Below, one piece after another: positions 19,880 through 30,300 of a stretch of DNA of 64,000 nucleotides. The notes beneath the pieces are model-generated. The model was not told the DNA's origin, searched no databases, and saw only the letters and a list, made by a program, of their open reading frames with translations. Both the position numbers and the translations under genes were made by a program. Within the stretch, counting starts at the first letter, position 1; every line of letters starts with the position of its first letter. Where the stretch lies: positions 11,990 through 75,989 of the forward strand of contig CANQWE010000002.1 of the NCBI GenBank assembly GCA_947627475.1, written 5' to 3'. Source of the DNA: an uncultured Clostridia bacterium (GTDB taxonomy: Bacteria > Bacillota > Clostridia > Oscillospirales > CAG-272).

Positions 19880-20488
19880 ATGTCCTTTTATCAAAATATC
19901 TACAATCTATTGGCCCGCCCGCTGCGGGCTCTTTTCCGTGTCCAAGTAACGGGAGCAGAAAATCTTCCCCAGGACAAAGGATGCATTTTGTGCGCCAATC
20001 ACACCAGTATGCTGGATGTACTGATCATTTCTGCAGGGCTGAATCGGCAGGTACGGTATATGGCAAAAAAGGAGCTGTTCAAAATTCCGGTGCTGGGTTC
20101 GTTGATCACCGCGCTGGGAGCCTATCCGATAGACCGTGGGGGCGCTGATGTATCCTCCATCCGAAAAACGATCCGTCTTTTGGAAGAAGGGCAGCTGATC
20201 GGGATCTTCCCGCAGGGCACCAGACAGCCGGGAGCAGATCCCAAGACAACACCGGTAAAGCACGGTGTAGGAATGATTGCCTATCACGCCAAATGCGACG
20301 TGGTTCCGGTATATATCCAAACAAAGAAAAACAAGGTCCGCTTTTTCCATAAAACCCACCTGTTGGTTGGAAAACCGATCCCCTATGCGGATTTGGCCTT
20401 TGAAAAAGGCGGGATGCAGGAATATAAAGCTGCTACAGAAAAAATTTTTGGGTCGGTATGTGCCCTGGACGGGAGCGCAGACGTATGA
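19880..20488 (+). CDS. plsC: 1-acyl-sn-glycerol-3-phosphate acyltransferase
   Basis: NHTSMLD (HX4D) and FPQGTR motifs. Confidence 0.85.
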   Translation: MSFYQNIYNLLARPLRALFRVQVTGAENLPQDKGCILCANHTSMLDVLIISAGLNRQVRYMAKKELFKIPVLGSLITALGAYPIDRGGADVSSIRKTIRLLEEGQLIGIFPQGTRQPGADPKTTPVKHGVGMIAYHAKCDVVPVYIQTKKNKVRFFHKTHLLVGKPIPYADLAFEKGGMQEYKAATEKIFGSVCALDGSADV

Positions 20489-22551
20489 ACATACAAGTGG
20501 CAAAGCATGCGGGCTTTTGTTTTGGCGTCCGCAGGGCCACCCAGGTGGCGGAGGATGCCCTGCGGCAGGGAAACGGCGCCATATACACCTTGGGACGGCT
20601 GATCCACAACGACGGATATATCACGCAGCTGCAGCGCAAAGGCATGGGCGAGATTGGCAGAGAGGATATCGATGAGATCTGCCGCCGGGCACAAATCGGA
20701 GAAAACATAACCGTGATTATTCGCGCCCACGGCGAAGTGCAGGAAAATCTGTCTCGTCTGCTCACCTGCGCGGCGGAGCATAAAAACCTTACCGTACTGG
20801 ACTGTACATGCCCTTATGTCACAAAAGTACGGAGGATCGCCGCAGAATACAGCGGTCCGAAAAAGCTGTTTCTTTTGATCGGCGCGGCAGACCATCCCGA
20901 GGTCCAGGGAATTATGAGCTGCTGTAGGGGCGAGGGGATGGTTTTTCCTGACGCCGCCCTTCTGGAGGAATGGCTGTACTCCCCCGACGCTGATAAATAC
21001 AGGCGTTTTCAGGTGAGCGTTGCCGCTCAGACCACGCAAAATTTGTCGGAGTGGAAAAAATGTTTGAAAATTATCAAAAAAGTATATACAAATGCTTTGA
21101 TTTTTGATACAATATGTAATGTTACGGAAGAAAGGCAGACAGAAGCCGAGCAGCTTGCCGATTCCTCTGATGCAGTTATCGTCATTGGAAGCCGGGGCAG
21201 TTCCAATACGGTCAAGCTTTATGAAATCTGCAAAAAACGCTGCCACGAGACATATCTCTGTGAAAATGCAGATTCAATCGGGGATCTGGTCATTCCCCCC
21301 CGCTGTAACACCATATCTATTACTGCCGGCGCTTCGACGCCGTTCAGTGTAATACAGGAGGTTAAACAAACAATGAGTGAGCAAATGGAAAACTTTGCTG
21401 AAATGCTCGAGCAGACCATGAAAACATTGAATCCGGGAGATATTGTCGTCGGTGTCGTTACGTCCGTGTCCCAGAACGAGATCACACTGGACCTGGGTAC
21501 AAAAACGACCGGCGTGATTGTACATGACAAGCTGACCGACGATCCGTCCGCAAAATTGGATGAAATGTTCAAAATTGGGGATGAGGTTCGTGCAAAGGTT
21601 ATCAAAATCAGCGACATTGAGGGCATTGCTACCCTTGACAAGCTGAAAGTGGATTCTGAACAAAACTGGCATGAGATTGTTGCAAAATACGAATCTGGTG
21701 AAACAGTAGAAGGAAAGATCGTAGACTGCGTAAAAGGCGGCCTGATCATTTCCATCAACTCTGTTCGGGTATTTATTCCCGCGTCCCTTTCCGGCGTTCC
21801 CAAGAATGCAGGTCCCGATGCTCTGCAGGCATTAGTAGGCACCGTGCAGAAAGTAAAAATCATCGAAATCAAAGAAGACAGAAAGCGCGCTTTTGCTTCT
21901 ATCCGCGCTGTTCTTGCCGAAGAGAGACGGGCAAAAGAAGAAGCTTTCTGGAACCAGGTAGAAGTTGGACAGATTTACGAGGGTCCTGTAAAAAGCCTGA
22001 CCAGCTATGGTGCATTCGTAGATTTGGGCGGCGTGGACGGTATGGTACATACCAGCGAGCTGTCCTGGAGACGGATTCGGCATCCTTCCGAGGTTGTTTC
22101 CCAGGGGGAAGTGATCAAAGTGTATGTAAAAGCGTTGGACCGGGAAAAAGGCAGAATTTCTCTTGGTTATAAGACAGAAGATACAGATCCCTGGTTTATC
22201 TTTAATCAGAAATACAGCGTGGGCGATACTGCCAGCGTGAAAATCGTTTCCCTGATGCCCTTCGGTGCATTTGCGGAAGTGGTACCCGGTGCGGACGGAC
22301 TGATTCATATCAGTCAGATCGCAGACCACAAGATCGAAACTCCGGCAGAGGTGCTGAAGGTTGGCGATATTGTCGACGCAAAAATCATTGCCATTGATGA
22401 TGAAAACCGGAAGATCAGCCTTTCCATGCGTGCGCTTATCGAAGAGAAAAAGGAAGCGGAAGAACAGGGCGACGCTGCAGAGCTTGCGGACAGCGCGGTG
22501 GTTTATTCTACTGACAATCCCCAGAGCTTTGCGGATGCAGACGCTGAATAA
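20485..22551 (+). CDS. ispH: bifunctional 4-hydroxy-3-methylbut-2-enyl diphosphate reductase / ribosomal protein S1
   Basis: LytB N-terminal half (AKHAGFCFGVRRA) is fused to four S1 repeats. The ATGA overlap with the plsC stop indicates translational coupling. Confidence 0.9.
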   Translation: MNIQVAKHAGFCFGVRRATQVAEDALRQGNGAIYTLGRLIHNDGYITQLQRKGMGEIGREDIDEICRRAQIGENITVIIRAHGEVQENLSRLLTCAAEHKNLTVLDCTCPYVTKVRRIAAEYSGPKKLFLLIGAADHPEVQGIMSCCRGEGMVFPDAALLEEWLYSPDADKYRRFQVSVAAQTTQNLSEWKKCLKIIKKVYTNALIFDTICNVTEERQTEAEQLADSSDAVIVIGSRGSSNTVKLYEICKKRCHETYLCENADSIGDLVIPPRCNTISITAGASTPFSVIQEVKQTMSEQMENFAEMLEQTMKTLNPGDIVVGVVTSVSQNEITLDLGTKTTGVIVHDKLTDDPSAKLDEMFKIGDEVRAKVIKISDIEGIATLDKLKVDSEQNWHEIVAKYESGETVEGKIVDCVKGGLIISINSVRVFIPASLSGVPKNAGPDALQALVGTVQKVKIIEIKEDRKRAFASIRAVLAEERRAKEEAFWNQVEVGQIYEGPVKSLTSYGAFVDLGGVDGMVHTSELSWRRIRHPSEVVSQGEVIKVYVKALDREKGRISLGYKTEDTDPWFIFNQKYSVGDTASVKIVSLMPFGAFAEVVPGADGLIHISQIADHKIETPAEVLKVGDIVDAKIIAIDDENRKISLSMRALIEEKKEAEEQGDAAELADSAVVYSTDNPQSFADADAE

Positions 22552-22649
22552 GTGCTTTTAAAAAACCTGCAGAAGTTTAAATGGATGTCCGTAAAACAAT
22601 GAATGATACTGCAAAATCACTCACTTACGCCATCTGTAAACGGGGTCGA

Positions 22650-22695
22650 TCAATAAGAAAACAAACGGTGCCTGGCTTTTCAGCTGGACACCGTT
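22650..22695 (+). terminator. rho-independent terminator
   Basis: aaacaaacggtg/caccgtttgttt stem plus a T-run. Confidence 0.7.
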
Positions 22696-22757
22696 TGTTT
22701 TTCCATTGTTAAAACAATAGATTTATTCACACTTTTCTAATATAATCAATCTATCCG

Positions 22758-22771
22758 TCAATAAATATTGA
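22758..22771. promoter_or_regulatory. candidate TetR operator tcaata-aa-tattga
   Basis: 6-2-6 inverted repeat just after a TATAAT (22741-22746), about 45 nt upstream of the tetR start. Confidence 0.3.
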
Positions 22772-22813
22772 TTACGGCACGATGTGTAATAAGAAATTGA
22801 AAGGAGGCTTCTT

Positions 22814-23378
22814 ATGTCACAAATCACAAAACGAGCTTTGGAGGCATCCCTTAAAAATATGCTTCTTCAGAAGCCGCTAGATAAAATCACCATTAACAAT
22901 ATTGCAAAGGACTGTGGTATCAACCGCATGACATTCTATTACCACTTCAAAGATATCTACGACTTAGTGGAGTGGTCCTTGTGCTGAGGATGCGGCCAAA
23001 GCGTCGGCCGGGAATAATACCTATGACACTTGGCAGCAAGGACTTTTGCAGATATTTGAGGTAGTCAAAGAAAATAAGCCCTTTATCATGAATGTGTACC
23101 GTTCCGTCAGCCGGGAACAAGTAGAGCTTTACTTATACAAGGTCACCTACGGGCTGCTTCTGAATATTATAAACGAGGAAGCCGCCGATGAACCGCTAAG
23201 CGAGGGAGATAAATTCTTCATCGCCCACTTTTATAAGTATGTCTTTGTGGGGCTGATGTTAGTCTGGATTCGAGGGGATATGAAGGAAGATCCGAAAGAG
23301 ATTGTCGATCATCTTTCGTTACTAATGCAGGGGAAATTTTCCCGGGCACTAAAAGCGTACCGCGCTGGAAAAAACTAA
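22814..23378 (+). pseudogene. TetR/AcrR (DhaS-like) regulator, frameshifted
   Basis: The HTH part MSQITKRALEASL..GINRMTFYYHFKDIYDLVEW ends at TGA 22985-22987. The C-terminal domain continues in another frame (..CAEDAAKA..QQGLLQIFEVVKENKPF..). Confidence 0.7.
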
Positions 23379-23524
23379 ACAAATTCGACAATTTGATAAA
23401 TTCCCAAGCAGAAATGCCGTTGTGATATGAGTTTTATCATAACGGCATTTCTGCTGATTTTGGAAGTTTTTGAAGGCCGCTATAATTACATAAACCCAAA
23501 GCAAATTCTATGTAGGGATTCATT

Positions 23525-25295
23525 ATGTATTAATCAAGCGGTAACTATGAAGCATTTGCACGCCCTGAAAATCCGGAAGGTATTGAGCACAAATCAGCGT
23601 ATTTGATCGGCAGCGCCTGGCATCCCTGGCGGCGGCTTGTTTCCTCGTCAGAGACGTTCGGATGCCCGGAAGCCATATTCATGTGCTGGAACGTGATTCT
23701 CATCCCGGCGGCGCTTTGGATGGCGATTAGATGACCAGTGTTGGTTATGTGATGCACGGCGGACGGGAAATGGACAATCACTTCGAGTGTTTGTGGGACC
23801 TGTTTCGTTCCATTCCATCCATCGAAACCGATGGCGTCAGCGTTTTGGACGAATACTATTGGCTGAATAAGAAAGACCCCAACAATTCTCTGTGCCGGGC
23901 GACCCAAAACCGAGGCGAAGGCGCACAGACCGGCAATAAATTTGGCCTTTCGGACAAAGGCAGTATGGAAATTATGAAGTTGTTCATGACTCCGGATGAG
24001 CAGCTGGCCAATGTGAAAATGACAGAACTGTTTGACGATGAGGTTTTTAACACCAACTTCTGGATGTATTGGCGCACCATGTTTGGTTTTAAGGACGACC
24101 AGAGTGCTCTGAAATGAAGCGGTATATGCAGCGCTACATCCACCATATCGAAGGATTGCCGGACTTCACCGCGCTGCGTTTTACGAAATACAACCAGTAC
24201 GAGTCCATGGTACTTCCCATGGTGAAATATTTGGAGGGGCACGGCGTGCAATTCCACTATGGCGCCCGGGTGATGAACGTGCTATTTAACATTCACGACG
24301 GCCAAAAACAAGCAAAGACCATTGTAGTGGAGCACGAAGGCCAGGCCGAGAATATCGGTCTGACCGAAAACGATCTGGTGTTCTACACCAACGGCAGCAA
24401 TGTGGAAAACTCCACCTACGGCAGCCAGACCAAAGCCACCGGTATGGACGGAACCATCCACGAAGGCGGCTCCTTCAGCCTTTGGCGAAAAATCGCAGCT
24501 CAGGATCCTTCCTTTGGCCGTCCCGATAAGTTCTGTACCGATCCGGAGGACAGCAACTGGGTCAGCGCCGCAGTCAATACCCTTGACGAGAGAATTCTGC
24601 CCTATATTCGGAATATCTGCAAGCGCGATCCTCTGTCCGGAAAGGTAGTCACAGGCGGTATTGTTACGGTCAAGGATTCCAGTTGGCTTCTCAGCTGGAC
24701 AAACAATCGTCATCCTAAATACCGTAACCAGCCCAAGGGGCAGGTATTGGTATGGCTTACGGAATGGTCTCTGACCGTCCCGGCGACTTTGTGAGAAAGG
24801 CCATGCGCGACTGCACCGGTATGGAAATCTGTGAAGAATGGCTTTATGACCTGGGTGTTCCCGAGGATCAGATTGAGGAGTTGGCAAGAAACAGCGCCAA
24901 TACAGTTCCGGTCATGATGCCTTTTGCCAGCGCATATTTCCAGCCCCGCGAATCTGGTGACAGACCTGATATCGTACCTGACGGTTCGGTGAACTTTGCC
25001 TTTATCGGTAATTTCGCAGAAACACCCAGAGATACGGTTTTTACCACGGAATATTCCATTCGTACCGCTATGGAGGCAGTCTACACGCTGCTAAATGTGG
25101 ATCGTGAAGTGCCGGAGGTGGGGGCAGTTATTTAATATCCGTGATTTGCTGAACGCCACCGTAGCGTTAAGAGATGGAAAGAAAATTACGAATATGGAGC
25201 TTGGGCTCAAAGAACGGGTTGCTCTAAAGGAAGTTTTGAAAAAAATCGAAGGGACAGAGATTGAAAAACTTTTGGAAGGCCACAATGTAATTTAA
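23525..25295 (+). pseudogene. ohyA: oleate hydratase (MCRA family), multiply disrupted
   Basis: [18 protein letters not shown].., GGREMDNHFECLWDLF, FWMYWRTMF, KRYMQRYIHHIEGLPDF and [17 protein letters not shown] are spread over at least 5 frames. Lesions are listed in the findings. Confidence 0.8.
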
Positions 25296-25619
25296 TTACT
25301 GAAAAAGTTGTGGAAAACATTCCCTAAATTACAAAATTCAATAGCTTCAATAAAATACCGCAATGAAAGAACAATTGGCGATAAGTGTACAGGTCCAAAT
25401 GTACGGGCTGTACAAAAAAAGCACCTTATGGTAGAAAGAATTAAATATTAAGCAGCATACTGACTTCTCTTTTCAAGGGCAGTCAGTTTTGCTTTTAACC
25501 GGATAGGTTGATGATTGAAAAGTAGAAGTATTCTCATTTATGAGTATGCGTGCTTAATCATAAGTTTATAGCTTGGTACGTTAATGCACTCTGTTTTAAG
25601 AATGGAAAAAAATATTCAG

Positions 25620-26100
25620 CTAAAGCGTTGTCAAAAGGGTACCCATGACATTGAGGGCGTTATGCCGTAAGATGGTGTCGGCTTAAAATATACTTGGGAT
25701 GTATACTGAAAGCCCCCGTCCCTGTAGAGCTGCGGCTCTACAGGGACGGGGGCTTTTTCTTTTGCAGCACGCATAGCAGATAGAACAAGGCTGATGTTCT
25801 GTCCCTGTTCTGCAGGCAACTATGCTGTTGTCGAATAAATTTCTGACGATAGACAAAGACAATGTTCCCTGTACTGTTTTGATTTATAAATATCTGTAAC
25901 CCATCTTTGGTTTGATCTGTGTGCCTTGAAATCTCACACTTGATGGCATTTGTAAAACTGTATAGAGGGTTTAAAAACATTCCCCAAAATTTTTTGAAAG
26001 AGAGCTCCTTTTCCTACGCTTACTCGCCTCATTCCGGCAGAAATAAGAATCAGTCATGGTGGACAGAGGAATACAAGGAAACCAGAAGCTATTTATATGA
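25620..26100 (-). mobile_element. IS3-family transposase (OrfB) remnant A
   Basis: By-eye translation gives ..DFKAHRSNQRWVTDI.., TVQGTLSLSIVRNLFDNSIVACRTGTEH, ..GGFQYTSQVYFKPTPSYGITPSMS. It is frameshifted and truncated at both ends. Confidence 0.6.
25709..25764 (+). terminator. 22-bp perfect-stem hairpin plus T-run inside IS remnant A
   Basis: aaagcccccgtccctgtagagc-tgcg-gctctacagggacgggggcttt followed by ttcttttg. Confidence 0.5.
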
Positions 26101-26147
26101 AACGAAAACCTCGCCTCCCGATAGTATTCTGCTATATCACATAAAGT

Positions 26148-27155
26148 TTATCGAACAAATTCCTGACTACGATTTTCTAGGAAAGTAAAGTCGAATAGTG
26201 TATTCATATCCGGCATGGTTTGGAAGATTCCCATCTGAAAGAAATAATTGCAGAGATTACGGGTAAACATGACATATTCTTCTTCAATATCCCAGACCCA
26301 CTGATAGTTATCCCGTTCCTGTTGGATTCCCGCCGCATCAAGTCCAAATTCCTTCGCCGAGGACAGACCGAAATCATCCAAAGGAGTTACCATTTCCATA
26401 ACCTGATAGTTGGCATTGACAATTTCCTGAATCCAGTCCCTTTTTTCGTTGATTTTATCTTCCGTTGTGACGAGAACAAGATTTCCATAGCCCAGATCGC
26501 TGGCATAGGGATAGCTCAGGATTTTTCCGTATCCCTCCATAAAAGCAGTACCGGCCAGCGCCGCATCGCCGCAGTAAGCGTCAATGGTTCCGGACTGCAG
26601 CGCCTCGTTCAGCTCTGATGGCTCCATTTCCTTCCAAGTAATAGAGCCGGCGTCTATTTTTCGGTTATACAGATCTGCTCGCAGCTGTGCGTATTCCATG
26701 GAACCATCGGTATATCCAACGACTTTTCCAGCCAGTTTTTCAATGGAGGTTATGTTCTGTTCCGTTGCCGTCACAACGGCGGAACCCTTTTGATAAAAAT
26801 TGCACAGAATTTTTACTTTATGTCCATCTAGCTGCGCCTGCAGTACAGACGGCAATGCCGACACACAGACGTCCACCTCCCCGGCTGTCAGCGCCTCAAT
26901 GGGCTGCGTGGATTTAGAATATTCCTTTACTTCACAGGAATATCCGGTACTTATATGCTTTGGATACTCCCGAACCGGCAGGGTAGGGAAAGACGCATAG
27001 ATGCCAACACTTACTGGATCCAGGGCCTGAGACTCGGAGCTGTGACCATCCTGGACAGACACGTTATTGCCGCAGCCGCAAGCGGCTACGATCCAGAAAG
27101 CAACGGAAAAAGCTACAGCAAGAAACCTTATATACATGTGTTTCATATTTATCAT
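26148..27155 (-). CDS. ABC-type substrate-binding lipoprotein, NMT1/SsuA/TauA-like (orphan)
   Basis: Lipobox VAACG, with periplasmic-binding fold similarity as I judge it. No permease or ATPase gene is adjacent. Confidence 0.65.
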   Translation of the reverse strand: MINMKHMYIRFLAVAFSVAFWIVAACGCGNNVSVQDGHSSESQALDPVSVGIYASFPTLPVREYPKHISTGYSCEVKEYSKSTQPIEALTAGEVDVCVSALPSVLQAQLDGHKVKILCNFYQKGSAVVTATEQNITSIEKLAGKVVGYTDGSMEYAQLRADLYNRKIDAGSITWKEMEPSELNEALQSGTIDAYCGDAALAGTAFMEGYGKILSYPYASDLGYGNLVLVTTEDKINEKRDWIQEIVNANYQVMEMVTPLDDFGLSSAKEFGLDAAGIQQERDNYQWVWDIEEEYVMFTRNLCNYFFQMGIFQTMPDMNTLFDFTFLENRSQEFVR

Positions 27156-27325
27156 TTCATCCTTTCAGTATCTCATATTTCTACCTGTAGTAAAGAATAG
27201 CATATTTCCATTTGCATTGGAAGTGATTTTTCATAAATTTAACTTACGTTTTACTTAAATTAGATAGTTGCTATTTGAACAATCTACTAAAATAAAGCCG
27301 TACTAATATAAAGGAGGATATGTAA

Positions 27326-30300
27326 ATGAAATTAAAATCCAAAAAAGTAGGCGGGAAAGCACTGGCTGCATGTCTGGCAGCAGTCCAACTGTTGACGCTT
27401 GCCGTACCTCTAAGCGCAGCAGGAGGCTCGGAAGTCCCCAGCAAAGCTGTCGCGGGAAAAAGCAATGTGGATCCGGGCTTTACCTACGGAAGCAAAGGTC
27501 GTGACTATGTTACTGGGCAGGACTACTATTATTTGGAAAATCAGTACGTCAAAACCTTAATTGGTCCGACAAAGGCGGCCAATGACCAACAGGGTCCTAT
27601 GTCTAACGGCGCGATTATGGATGCTGTGACACAGGAAGCCAAGCGTGAAAACCTGGACTGGACACAGTTTTTTCTGGCTTCAAAGATGAGCGGATCTTGG
27701 GATATGGGCAAAGGTGTATTGGACCTGAATGAGTTAGAGGTCAAGGGGAACACCATAGTCGGAAAAGGTGTTTCGGAAGCCACACCGAATATTCAAGGCG
27801 AAGTTACCTATTCTATTGTGGAGAATACGCCCCTTATTCAGATGCAGGTGAAACTGACCAACAATGGTTCAGAGGATTACAATGGATATTTTGAATATCA
27901 GATTGATCCGGATGAAAGCGGTGAACAAAACACTTACGTACCGGGTGTGGGCTGGACCATGGGCAATATCTATACGGTTCTAACAAACCACGAGTGGACG
28001 GGGAACTACATCTTTGAAGGTTCTGCCAGCAAATATACCGGAAACACCGCCCATGCAATCCTGTGGGATGAAGCAGATACAGTTCCCAGCGGGCTGCTGA
28101 ATGACGGATACATTTTCGGGATCTGGTATGACGCCTCCTTGAAAGCTGGCGAGAGCAAAACGCTGACATTTTACCACTTGCCGCACCAGCCGGGTGGAGT
28201 GAGCGAGCCGTATGCCGAAGCCGCTTTCTGGGCTAAGGTTGTCAGCGGCGAAATTGATATTTCCAATTACGGTACGATCAACGGCTCTGTTACCGACCGG
28301 TACGGTAATCCCGTGAAAAATGTGGATATTACTTGCCAGTATGCAGTGGGCGAACATGCAGGGGAAAGTGCAGGGACGACCGTCACGGATGTGAATGGCA
28401 ACTATTCCCTTCGCGTAGAGAAGGGGCCGTATACTCTGACCGCTTCTATACCCGGGTATGAGCAGAGTTCGCATTCAGTGGATCTGAATAACCAGGAAAA
28501 TCCCCGTGCGGATATTATTTTAGAATCCATAAAAGGAACCCGCATTCTGGACACTACCAGCATGCAATCCTTTGGCGGAATAGTGGAAGGTAAACCCGGA
28601 GACTATACGCTGGAAAATGAAGCCTTTACCATGCTGGTTGCGAAGATCACAAAGGACGGTCAACTGAAAGATTCCTCTGCGGGTCGTATTTTAGACATCG
28701 CCGCTAACGGTAAATCGGACGTCATGGACTTTATATTTACCAGTTGGATTTCAGATGTTAAGCCGCATCAGGAAACGCAGGACAACGTAGTACCTGGCGA
28801 TTCCTGGCAACAGTTGGATACCAGGTTTGATAATCTGGAAGTAGTATCCCAGTCTAAAAGTAAAATTGTTCTGAAAGCCACCGGTGTCTACCATCATGAT
28901 CTGGCAAACGCCCCTGAAAGCAAGGATGGCGAAATCGAGCAGATCATCACCTTAGAGAGCGGTAAGCCCTATGCTGAGTTGGAAACCACCATTCGCAATA
29001 CCAGCGGTCAGGAGCTGCAGGTATATGTCGGCGACATTTTTGATGTGGATGGGAACGCACAAAAGTCCTATGCGCCTGGGGTTGGCGATGTAACGGCACC
29101 TTTTAATTCGCCGATCGATGAGAAACCGGTCCAGCCGTGGTTTGCACAGTATGCCACTAGTGATCAGGAGGTTTATTCGTTCCTGTACGAAGATGATTTT
29201 GATTTCCGGGTATTCGGCAGTACCAACTGGCTGATGGGTTATGCTCCGGTAAAGCTGGCAGCAGACGAAACCTTCACATATAGCCGGCAGCTCATCGTTC
29301 TGGATACCGAAGGCTATACCCAGCAGCCGGAGGCCATGACTGCCTACTATAACGCCTATAAATACGGCATGGAAACCCGTATGGATGTGTATGATGGCAA
29401 GGTACAGAAGGGAGATGTTTTCCCGGTCAAGGTCACAGTGGAAAATTCAGCCGAGAAACCGATCCGGAATGTGACGGCATCATTGAAGCTTCCTTATCAG
29501 ATGTACTGTGTCGGTGAATCGGAAATCACTATTCCAGAAATTCCGGCTGGCGGAACCGAAACCGTGGAATTCTCTGTTCTGGCGCTGGAAGGCGGTCGTG
29601 GGTTGCTAAAATCGGAGGTAAGGACAGCAGATGACGTAGCAATGACTTTCTCAGAGGCGTTGTCAATCTCCGGACAGGGGTACTATGCCGGTGACAACCA
29701 TACCCACTCCATCTATAGTGATGGAAAGGGAACCATCCGTGAAAATGTAGACTCTGCTTATGAGGATAAGCTGCTTAACTGGCTGTACAGCACCGACCAC
29801 AACAAGATTAGCCAGTACAATGATACGGTGACAGAAACTAACCGTCTCACCGGTAACTTTGTCAACATCACCGGTACAGAAATTACTTCTTCCAATAAAG
29901 GACATGCCTTAGCTTACGGTGTTGGTTCCTTTATCCCGGAGTATCGAATTGGGAAGGAAGTCAATGGTAAAGTTTGGACTTGGCAGGACACAATTGATCA
30001 GGTAAATAGCAATGGCGGCGTTCTCTATGTGGCGCACCCCAACTATCCGGGGCTAGAATTTTCCGATCCTTATGGCATCCGTGAGTACACAGGTATCGAA
30101 GTCTGGAACGGTTTCAATCACGCCATCGATCCGGACAAGAACATCAATACATTTGCCTTTGATTACTGGGATAATGTCAACCGCCGCGGTGAACAGAAAT
30201 ACTTTGGAATCGCCAACTCGGACGGTCACAACTCTACGAAGATGGGGGATCCGTATATCAAGACCGAAATGGATAACCTTTCATATGATAACATCCAAGA

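Noticed and set aside
20485-22551. IspH-S1 fusion as a novelty
   Set aside because: This fusion is a well-known arrangement in Clostridia and is reported only as a feature.
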